Shown in pieces: positions 56,911-64,000 of a stretch of 64,000 nucleotides of DNA (positions are counted from its first letter, which is position 1; every line of letters begins with the position of its first letter). The DNA is from Eubacteriales bacterium (GTDB lineage: Bacteria > Bacillota > Clostridia > Oscillospirales > QAKW01): NCBI GenBank assembly GCA_045593905.1, contig JAZNXL010000069.1:13355-77354 (forward strand). The letters are read 5' to 3'. The translations under genes and the position numbers were made by a program. The notes beneath the pieces are model-generated. The model saw nothing but the letters and a program-made list of their open reading frames with translations. It had not been told where the DNA came from and did no database searches.

Positions 56911-57686
56911 TATTTGTAAAGTTCCTCAAAAAGCGGTTTGCTGTCAGCCAAAAGCTCTTTGCCGCCGCTTTTATTATAAATATCTTCAATAACGCTAAAA
57001 ATATCACGCGCGGCGAGTAGCTGGGTTTTTGCGCCGCCAATTTGCGAGTCGGTAACAATGCCGTGATGGTAAAACGCAGGCTCAAACTTAAAAAAGTTAG
57101 CCGATACATCGTCGCACACGCTATCGTCAAACCAATACAGATGCTTTTTAACAACTGTTCCGTCCTGCAAAATAACAGTGCGCTCAACCTTGTAGTCGGT
57201 CAGCCTGTTTTTAACCTTTAGCTTTTCTTCGACAAAGTGGATAAAGGTGTTTTTATTGTTGTTTACGCCAAGCAAAAGCACGTATCCGCCCATATCGTAA
57301 AGCTTGCCAAGGCAACCGTTCGGACTTGCGGGGGTATCGGTATCGCCGTCACCGTTTGCAAACTCTTTTGCGCGCTCGCCAAAAACCGCCATTGAGTGAG
57401 TGGGGTGGTCGGTGCGCACAGCATCGGGATGCGCCGCGGCGGTGCAAGGCAAAAGACCGAGGTTACTGTAATGCTCGCGCATATCGTAAACGTCGCTTGC
57501 CCAGGTGTGAGTAGGCACGCACAAAAGCCCGCCGTTTTTTGTAAAAAACTCTATTAAAATATCAAGCAGCCACTCTGCGCTCTCTACCCTGCCGATAGCC
57601 TTAATTGAGCTATGCACAATAACCGGCTTGCCCACCGCAAATTTATATGGCTCAAGGCCTTTTAAAACATCGGCTTTTGTCAGCAT
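56910..57686 (-). CDS. AAC(3)-family aminoglycoside N3-acetyltransferase-like protein
   Basis: 258 aa with N-terminal pattern VIVHSSIKAIG...LLCVPTHTW, typical of Antibiotic_NAT. The stop overlaps the ClC start by 1 nt. Confidence 0.75.
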   Translation of the reverse strand: MLTKADVLKGLEPYKFAVGKPVIVHSSIKAIGRVESAEWLLDILIEFFTKNGGLLCVPTHTWASDVYDMREHYSNLGLLPCTAAAHPDAVRTDHPTHSMAVFGERAKEFANGDGDTDTPASPNGCLGKLYDMGGYVLLLGVNNNKNTFIHFVEEKLKVKNRLTDYKVERTVILQDGTVVKKHLYWFDDSVCDDVSANFFKFEPAFYHHGIVTDSQIGGAKTQLLAARDIFSVIEDIYNKSGGKELLADSKPLFEELYK

Positions 57687-57745
57687 TTTTACTCCTTAAA
57701 ATTTTACTGTTATGCTTGTAATTATGCTACACGCCACCACAAAAG

Positions 57746-58459
57746 TCAAGAGTTTATAATAAGGTCGGCTGTGTAGTCGTCGGCGGCGTTCAAAATTGCG
57801 CTTATAAGGTATGCGCGCGGGTTTTTGGCGGTTTTGCCTTTTAGCGCGTCGACCATGCGAATAAGCGCGTCAGCACTTAGCCCTACAAGCTTTGAACGGA
57901 TATACGCGGTATCAAACCGCACACCGTGAACGTAAACAAATGGTAAGTAGTAAAGCTCGGTTATTATACTGCGTAGCATATCGCCTGTGCCATCAGACCA
58001 TATTTCAAGCTCACAGTTTTGTAAAATTTTAAAGAGCAGCTCGTCAGTCTTCGACTGACTTATATCAGTATTATTTATATCAGTATTAGTTGTAGGGAAA
58101 TTTTCCGTATCCCTATCGGGAATTTTTCCGTGTATTACAGGGAAATTTTCCGTATTTGAAAACGGATTAATTATATAAATTATATTTGCTTTTAAAAAAG
58201 TATTTTTTTCATAAATCAATCCAACTTTCTTTAGTTGCTTAAAATATTTAGTTATACTTTTTAAATCGGCTTTTAATATTTTTGATGCTTCTTGCCTTGT
58301 AAAATAAATAAACACCCTGCCGTTATCGTCAATAAGATTGTTTTTTTGCGATAATGAATACCTATCAAGCAAAAAAGCATAAAGCACCTTCGCGCTTATG
58401 CTTAAATCTTTATACTTATCATCAAAAAACAAATCTTTGGGTAGTTTTAAAAAGTTCAT
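57746..58459 (-). CDS. RepA_N-family replication initiator
   Basis: MNFLKLPKDLFFDDKYKDLSISAKVLYAFLLDRYSLSQKNNLIDDNGRVFIYFT matches the RepA_N N-terminal domain pattern. Start at ATG 58459 after AGGAGGG. Confidence 0.8.
   Translation of the reverse strand: MNFLKLPKDLFFDDKYKDLSISAKVLYAFLLDRYSLSQKNNLIDDNGRVFIYFTRQEASKILKADLKSITKYFKQLKKVGLIYEKNTFLKANIIYIINPFSNTENFPVIHGKIPDRDTENFPTTNTDINNTDISQSKTDELLFKILQNCELEIWSDGTGDMLRSIITELYYLPFVYVHGVRFDTAYIRSKLVGLSADALIRMVDALKGKTAKNPRAYLISAILNAADDYTADLIINS
58061..58155. repeat. Iteron-like direct repeats inside the rep coding sequence
   Basis: TATATCAGTATTA twice (58061, 58076; 15-bp register), then GGGAAATTTTCCGTAT / GGGAATTTTTCCGTGTAT / GGGAAATTTTCCGTAT at 58095, 58118 and 58140 (22-23-bp register). 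An AT-rich tract follows. Confidence 0.7.
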
Positions 58460-58595
58460 CGCACCCTCCTTTACATATAATTGTAAAGGCAACAACCGAA
58501 CATAACGAACAAAAGCACCAACCAAAAGGTCGGTTTTGTTTTGTATAAAAATGCCGTTATCGGCAATAATATAAGCAAACACCATTCTAATTACA

Positions 58596-58624
58596 TTGAC
58601 ATCTTGCCGATATTATGGTATACT
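58596..58624 (+). promoter_or_regulatory. Promoter of the HTH-Fic gene
   Basis: TTGACA (58596-58601), 17-nt spacer, TGG-TATACT (58616-58624). The 9-bp inverted repeat TATCGGCAA (58558-58566) / TTGCCGATA (58604-58612) places one half-site in the spacer. Confidence 0.65.
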
Positions 58625-58651
58625 AATAACAGTAAATTTGGAGGTGGGAAT

Positions 58652-59551
58652 ATGAAATATCTATCCGTTAAAGAGGTCGCTTTAATATGGAATACATCTC
58701 AGCGTAGTGTTCGTAATTATTGTGCTACAGGTCGTGTCCCCGGCGCTTTCCTTACAGGCAAAACTTGGAACATTCCCGAAAATGCCGAGAAGCCCGAAAG
58801 AAGCAATAAAAGCAAACCTGCTCCGCAGACATTGCTCGATGTTTTGAAAGAGGAAAAGCGCAGTCAGGTACACGGCGGAATTTATCATAAAATACAGATT
58901 GAACTGACCTACAACTCCAATCACATCGAAGGCAGTCGCCTCACCCACGATCAGACACGCTATATCTTTGAAACCAATACCATTGGTTTGACCGAGGAAG
59001 GCGTTCGTGTTGACGATATTATCGAAACCGCTACCCACTTCCGTTGCATAGATGAAATTATTGAGAGTGCAAAATCACAGCTCAGCGAAAAGTTTATAAA
59101 ACACTTGCATTTTATCCTCAAAACCGGAACAAGCGATTCAAAAAAAGGTTGGTTTGCTGTCGGTGATTATAAAAAGTTGCCTAACGAGGTCGGCGGTATG
59201 GAAACAACTCTCCCCGAAGATGTATCGCGTAATATGAAAAAGCTCCTTGCCGATTATAACAGCAAAGAAAATGTAACTCTTGAAGATATAATTGAGTTCC
59301 ACGTAAAGTTTGAGCGCATCCACCCGTTTCAAGACGGTAATGGTCGTGTCGGCAGACTCATTATGTTCAAGGAATGCTTAAAACACGGAATTGTTCCATT
59401 TATTATTGAAGATAAAATAAAAATGTTCTACTACCGCGGACTGAAAGAATGGAATCAAGAAAAAGGCTATCTCACCGACACCTGCCTTTCCGCACAGGAC
59501 ACGTTTAAAAATTATTTAGATTATTTCCGTATAATCTACGACAAGAATTAA
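58652..59551 (+). CDS. Fic-domain protein with N-terminal helix-turn-helix
   Basis: Intact Fic motif HPFQDGNGRVGR; upstream inhibitory-helix-type motif S-N-H-I-E-G; N-terminal MerR/excisionase-like HTH (LSVKEVALIWNTSQRSVRNYC). Start at ATG 58652 after GGAGGTGG. Confidence 0.88.
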   Translation: MKYLSVKEVALIWNTSQRSVRNYCATGRVPGAFLTGKTWNIPENAEKPERSNKSKPAPQTLLDVLKEEKRSQVHGGIYHKIQIELTYNSNHIEGSRLTHDQTRYIFETNTIGLTEEGVRVDDIIETATHFRCIDEIIESAKSQLSEKFIKHLHFILKTGTSDSKKGWFAVGDYKKLPNEVGGMETTLPEDVSRNMKKLLADYNSKENVTLEDIIEFHVKFERIHPFQDGNGRVGRLIMFKECLKHGIVPFIIEDKIKMFYYRGLKEWNQEKGYLTDTCLSAQDTFKNYLDYFRIIYDKN

Positions 59552-59574
59552 CTCAAATATAAGGATAGTTATCA

Positions 59575-60312
59575 ATGAAAAAATCATTAATTGCAATTTT
59601 ATCGTTATTTTTCTTGGCATTGCCTTTTATAGCATTAAGTACAGTTTATTTAATTTTTAAAATTAATATTTTTGACAATCCGGAGTTTTGGTATGGCTAT
59701 ATGGCATACTTTGGAACCGTTGCTTTAGCTGCTGTTGCCGTCTGGCAAAATAGAATTATTAAGGAAGAAAATGATAAGTCTCAAGAAAGGCTTGAAAGAT
59801 TGACAATTCAAGCAAATGAATTGACTGTTATTAGCAAGATTATCGAGAATGAATCACAGAACCTTTTAAGACTTAAAATAGCATTTGATGAATTTTCATA
59901 CGCATGTGATCCACAAGTATTATCAACGATATATGCCAATTCTACAACCGCTGCTGTACCGACTATAGCAATACAATCTGGAATGGCAACCGCAGAAAAG
60001 CGTATGGATGATAGTTTTTTTGCTTTATCTCGTGAATTAAGAATAGACCCCCAATTTATTATTAAAGATGAAAGCCCTTTTAAACTTGCTATTGCAAAAT
60101 ACTATTCTGCCGCAAAAAATTTGGTCGAAAAGGGAAGAACGAATCCGACACAAAGCTACAAAGAGGATATTGATATACTAACACAGGCGAGAAATGACTT
60201 CGTTGCTGTTAGGGAAAAATATTTGATAGAAAAAGAAAATAAGCTCAATAGAGTCATCTATGGTAAAATGACTCTTGATGAAATTAAAAATTTATACAAC
60301 CATAGTAATTGA
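59575..60312 (+). CDS. Hypothetical protein with two N-terminal TM helices and a helical cytoplasmic domain
   Basis: 245 aa, AT-rich. Hydrophobic segments at about residues 5-27 and 40-57. No motif recognised. AAGGATAG ribosome-binding site. Confidence 0.7.
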   Translation: MKKSLIAILSLFFLALPFIALSTVYLIFKINIFDNPEFWYGYMAYFGTVALAAVAVWQNRIIKEENDKSQERLERLTIQANELTVISKIIENESQNLLRLKIAFDEFSYACDPQVLSTIYANSTTAAVPTIAIQSGMATAEKRMDDSFFALSRELRIDPQFIIKDESPFKLAIAKYYSAAKNLVEKGRTNPTQSYKEDIDILTQARNDFVAVREKYLIEKENKLNRVIYGKMTLDEIKNLYNHSN

Positions 60313-60329
60313 AGTGTGAGGATTAAACT

Positions 60330-63116
60330 ATGAAAGATACTGAACGTCGTTCAGCGGCGAAAGCTTTTAGCGAATATTGGAAAGATAGAGGATATGAAAA
60401 GGGCGAAAGCCAACCGTTTTGGCTCTCGCTTCTTCGTGATGTCTTGGGTGTAGAAGCACCTGAAAAATTTATCACATTTGAGGAACAGGTGCGCCTTGAC
60501 CACACAAGCTTTATTGACGGTGTTATTCCGTCAACACATATACTTATTGAGCAGAAAGGTCGTAACAAAGACCTTCGCAAACCAATCAAACAATCAGACG
60601 GCACGTTACTTACACCGTTCCAACAGGCACAGCGTTATTCGGCAGTTCTTCCCTATTCACAGCGTCCTCGCTGGATAATTACTTGTAACTTTGAAGAATT
60701 CCTTGTTTATGATATGGAAAAGCCAAACGGCGAGCCTGAGCAGATTTTTGTAAAAGACTTGGCTCGTGAATATTACCGCCTTATGTTCATTGTAGATACC
60801 GGCGATGATAATATCCGTCGCGAAATGGAGGTTTCAATTCAAGCAGGTAATTTGGTCGGCATACTGTATGATGAGATTTTAAAACAGTATCACAACCCCG
60901 AAAACGAAGAATCTCTTAAAAGCCTTAACAAACTTATAGTTCGCCTTGTTTTCTGCCTTTATGCAGAAGATGCGGGCATATTCGGTGGACATTCCAAATT
61001 CCATAATTATATTAAGTCTTTCTCCGCACGTGATATGCGAAAGGCTCTTATTGAACTGTTCAAAATTCTTGACACAAAGCCCCAAGACCGCGACCCGTAT
61101 GAAGATGAGCAGCTTGCTGCCTTTCCGTATGTAAACGGTGGCTTATTTGCAGATGAAAATATTGAAATTCCGCAAATGAACGACCAAATTCGTGAACTGC
61201 TTCTACGTAATGCAAGCGAAGACTTTGACTGGAGTGCCATAAGCCCCACTATCTTTGGTGCGGTATTTGAAAGCACCCTAAACCCCGAAACTCGTCGTAG
61301 CGGTGGTATGCACTATACCTCTATTGAAAACATACATAAAGTTATTGACCCGTTGTTCCTTGACGAACTGCGCGATGAATTAGAAGAAATCAAATCTATT
61401 AAGGTTGCCAAGACAAGAGAAACAAAAATCAACGACTTCCGCGAAAAACTCGGCTCCCTTACCTTTTTCGACCCCGCTTGTGGTTCGGGCAACTTTTTAA
61501 CCGAAACCTATATTTCACTGCGCCGTTTAGAAAACGAAGCACTCGAAGAAATAACAAAAGGTCAAATTCTTTTTGATTTTGGCGATGTAATAAAGGTATC
61601 TATTAACCAGTTTTACGGAATCGAAATCAACGATTTTGCCGTAACTGTTGCTAAAACTGCGCTTTGGATAGCCGAGAGCCAAATGATGAAGGAAACGGAA
61701 GATATTATACATCAAGATCTCGAATTTTTACCGCTCAAAACCAATGCGCATATTGTCGAAGGTAACGCCCTTCGCATTGATTGGGAAACTGTTGTACCCA
61801 AGGACAAGCTCAATTGCATAATGGGCAACCCACCTTTTGTGGGTCAAGCTAAAAGAACAAAAGAACAATCTAAAGATATGTCTATGATTTTTGGTTCTGG
61901 AGCTTCTGAAACAAAATTGGATTATGTTATTTGTTGGTATAAGAAATCATTAGAGTTTATAAACAGTGTAACAAGCCGTAATATATTTGTAGCTTTTGTT
62001 TCAACCAATTCTATTTGCCAAGGTGAGACAGTTCCAACCTTTTGGCAAAATATGATTTCTAGCGGTGCAGAAATAATCTTTGCACACAGGTCTTTTAAAT
62101 GGAGTAGCGAATCATCAAATTCAGCAGCAGTAGTATGTGTTATTGTGGGATTTACAAATAAAGGTTATACAAAAGAAAAATTCATATTTGACAATTCTAA
62201 AGTAATTAAAGTATCGTATATTAATGCATATTTGCAAAATGCACCAGATGTGTGGATAACAAGTAGAAGTGCTGCATCCTTGCTAAAAGATTTCCCTAAA
62301 ATGATAAAAGGTAGCGAACCAACTGATGGTGGTAATCTGTTCTTGAATGCGCATGAAAAAGAGAATTTAGAAAGCCAATATCCTGTACTGAAAAAATATA
62401 TTCGCCCATTCGTTGGCGGTGATGAATTCTTAAGTAATGCTCAAGGTCAGTATTCCAGATACTGTCTTTGGTTTCTGAACGGTTCACCTCATGACTTTGC
62501 AAATATACAAGAAATAAAAGAACGACTTAAAAATGTTGCCGAAAAACGGCAACAAAGTTCAGCAGACAGAATACAAAAAAGAGCGATGTATCCATATTTA
62601 TTCTGTCAGATTCGGCAGCCAGAAAAAAATTATTTGTTATTTCCTAGACACACTACAAGTAGCAGAAGATATATCCCTTTAGGGTTTATGGATAGCAATA
62701 CTATAGTTGGTGATGCTTGTTACATAATTCCCGATGCCTCGTTATATCTATTTGGCATTATGATGTCGAATGTGCATATGTCATGGATGCGTGCTGTTTG
62801 CGGAAGATTAGGAAATGGTTATAGATACTCTCCCGCTATATACAACAACTTCCCTTGGCCAACCCCCACCGACGAGCAGAAAGCGGCTATTGAGAAAACG
62901 GCTCAAGCAATTCTTGATGCAAGAGCAAAGTATCCCGATTGTTCCCTTGCCGACCTCTATGACGAGGTTGCTATGCCGCCTGAACTGCGCAAAGCACATC
63001 AAGAAAACGATAAAGCTGTAATGCGTGCCTATGGTTTTTGGGGCAAAATCAACACCGAGTCCGAATGCGTCGCCGAACTTATGAAAATGTATCAGGAACT
63101 TACAAAGTATAAATAA
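60330..63116 (+). CDS. MmeI-like type IIL restriction-modification enzyme (nuclease + N6-adenine methyltransferase + target recognition domain in one chain)
   Basis: N-terminal PD-(D/E)xK-like D-x10-EQK (IDGVIPSTHILIEQK); helical domain RLVFCLYAEDAGIF and FPYVNGGLFAD; SPTIFGAVFES...HYTS; motif I FFDPACGSGNFL; motif IV GNPPFVG; 928 aa. Confidence 0.8.
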   Translation: MKDTERRSAAKAFSEYWKDRGYEKGESQPFWLSLLRDVLGVEAPEKFITFEEQVRLDHTSFIDGVIPSTHILIEQKGRNKDLRKPIKQSDGTLLTPFQQAQRYSAVLPYSQRPRWIITCNFEEFLVYDMEKPNGEPEQIFVKDLAREYYRLMFIVDTGDDNIRREMEVSIQAGNLVGILYDEILKQYHNPENEESLKSLNKLIVRLVFCLYAEDAGIFGGHSKFHNYIKSFSARDMRKALIELFKILDTKPQDRDPYEDEQLAAFPYVNGGLFADENIEIPQMNDQIRELLLRNASEDFDWSAISPTIFGAVFESTLNPETRRSGGMHYTSIENIHKVIDPLFLDELRDELEEIKSIKVAKTRETKINDFREKLGSLTFFDPACGSGNFLTETYISLRRLENEALEEITKGQILFDFGDVIKVSINQFYGIEINDFAVTVAKTALWIAESQMMKETEDIIHQDLEFLPLKTNAHIVEGNALRIDWETVVPKDKLNCIMGNPPFVGQAKRTKEQSKDMSMIFGSGASETKLDYVICWYKKSLEFINSVTSRNIFVAFVSTNSICQGETVPTFWQNMISSGAEIIFAHRSFKWSSESSNSAAVVCVIVGFTNKGYTKEKFIFDNSKVIKVSYINAYLQNAPDVWITSRSAASLLKDFPKMIKGSEPTDGGNLFLNAHEKENLESQYPVLKKYIRPFVGGDEFLSNAQGQYSRYCLWFLNGSPHDFANIQEIKERLKNVAEKRQQSSADRIQKRAMYPYLFCQIRQPEKNYLLFPRHTTSSRRYIPLGFMDSNTIVGDACYIIPDASLYLFGIMMSNVHMSWMRAVCGRLGNGYRYSPAIYNNFPWPTPTDEQKAAIEKTAQAILDARAKYPDCSLADLYDEVAMPPELRKAHQENDKAVMRAYGFWGKINTESECVAELMKMYQELTKYK

Positions 63117-63124
63117 TTTATAAT

Positions 63125-63151
63125 AAAAAAGCACCCGTTTGGGTGCTTTTT
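63125..63151. terminator. Bidirectional terminator, variant copy 5 of the GCACCC hairpin
   Basis: AAAAAAGCACCCGTTTGGGTGCTTTTT between convergent genes. Confidence 0.75.
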
Positions 63152-63545
63152 ATTTGAATCGGGATATTAAAATTAAGATTACGGCTATTATGAAAATAGC
63201 AATCAGCCATGCGCGGGCGGCGCGCTTTTTAGTGCGCCTGTTCGCTTTGCGATAGAGCGCAAGCGGGTCGGTTTTATTTAGCATTCGCTTATAAAAGCGT
63301 TTTACAAACAGCTCGTCTTCGGGCTTGCACATATTCTTTTCGGTGCAGTCGGGCTCGTGAACAATTTTATTGCGCAGATAGCGGCAATGCTTTAGCATTT
63401 TAAGGTCGGCATCCCAGCTGCTAACGTAGTACCCGCCGTTTGATATGCTTTGCATAGCATCAATATATGCCGATACGCGCCTGTCGTCGCCCATCACCTC
63501 ACCGCACAGCTTTTCAAGCCGCTTGTAACTATCAATAAACCCCAT
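63150..63545 (-). CDS. Hypothetical C-terminally tail-anchored protein
   Basis: 131 aa from ATG 63545 (ribosome-binding site GGAGGGG). Basic stretch RRTKKRAARA followed by a single C-terminal TM helix. No family recognised. Confidence 0.6.
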   Translation of the reverse strand: MGFIDSYKRLEKLCGEVMGDDRRVSAYIDAMQSISNGGYYVSSWDADLKMLKHCRYLRNKIVHEPDCTEKNMCKPEDELFVKRFYKRMLNKTDPLALYRKANRRTKKRAARAWLIAIFIIAVILILISRFK

Positions 63546-63670
63546 TTGCCCCTCCACTTTTTTACTAAAAGCATTATACCACAAATAAAAAACAAACGCA
63601 AAGCTCTTGCTTATCGGCTTCTACTGTTGTTACGGCCATACCATAACAAACATATCCGACAAACACATCA

Positions 63671-63701
63671 GACAAAACGGCGGCAAGTAACCCTTGCCGC
63701 C
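63671..63701 (-). terminator. Rho-independent terminator of the NifX/NifB-like gene
   Basis: GGCGGCAAG / CTTGCCGCC hairpin followed by TTTTG on the minus strand. Confidence 0.65.
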
Positions 63702-63708
63702 ATTCTAT

Positions 63709-64000
63709 TTAGTGACAGTTATGTCCGCAACCGTGGTCGCCGCAGGTGTGACCTTCGCCGTGGTGGTCGTGATGGTCGCATTTTACGTTTGGATTGAACC
63801 CAAGCCTACCGCCAAGCAATGCTTCGACTGCGGCATCGCAAGCTCCACTAACACCGCCGTAAAGTTTAATGCCGGCCTCAGCAAGCGCCATCTGTGCACC
63901 ACCGCCGATGCCGCCGCAAATAAGAGCATCTACACCGAGTGACGAAAGTAGTCCTGCAAGCGCTCCGTGTCCGCTGCCGCTTGCATCAACCACTTCGCTG
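63709..64000 (-). CDS. NifX/NifB-C-terminal-like (dinitrogenase FeMo-cofactor-binding fold) protein, 5' end outside the window
   Basis: GVDALICGGIGGGAQMALAEAGIKLYGG pattern, with a His/Cys-rich tail CDHHDHHGEGHTCGDHGCGHNCH. The frame stays open to the window edge. Confidence 0.65.
   Translation of the reverse strand, partial: SEVVDASGSGHGALAGLLSSLGVDALICGGIGGGAQMALAEAGIKLYGGVSGACDAAVEALLGGRLGFNPNVKCDHHDHHGEGHTCGDHGCGHNCH

Noticed and set aside
57687-63600. Calling the island a prophage, ICE or integrated plasmid
   Set aside because: No integrase/recombinase, relaxase, conjugation, capsid or terminase genes, and no att-like flanking repeats, were found. Only the RepA_N module points to a mobile origin.

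Overview
The gene content and order look like a chromosomal segment from a Firmicutes/Clostridia-type bacterium (yabM-mazG-hup-yabO block, DUF1934-argS, DegV, Bfu-type NuoE/NuoF enzyme). No tRNA, rRNA or CRISPR array was seen. All family calls come from motifs read by eye, with no database search.

Most of the window is housekeeping:
- sensor kinase plus HtrA, fba, rplS, argS, murI-ddl with an alanine symporter, and tadA
- a MOP flippase-mazG-hup-S4 block, and wall-polymer genes (WecA/TagO-like GT4 and a phosphodiester glycosidase)
- trpS, a three-gene NuoE/NuoF/GltD-like putative bifurcating oxidoreductase divergent from gdhA, tex and pyk
- two arginine operons (argCJBDF and argGH) with consensus promoters and ARG-box-like operators
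- an 11-gene purE-purC-purF-purM-purN-purO-purH-purD-purL-glyA operon behind a ZTP (pfl) riboswitch

Accessory or unusual content:
1. An island with no integrase at about 57.7-63.6 kb. It carries a RepA_N initiator with internal iterons, an HTH-Fic protein, an uncharacterised 2-TM protein, and an MmeI-like type IIL restriction-modification enzyme whose specificity region has a different base composition.
2. A 1.4-kb AT-rich insertion bracketed by a 74-bp direct repeat of the gdhA 3' end.
3. An Avd-like four-helix-bundle gene flanked by inverted arrays of ~22-nt mini-hairpin repeats.
4. Two intergenic repeat families: a ~140-bp composite palindromic element (5 copies, with compensatory stem changes) and mini-hairpin arrays with an ATGAAWT linker (5 loci).
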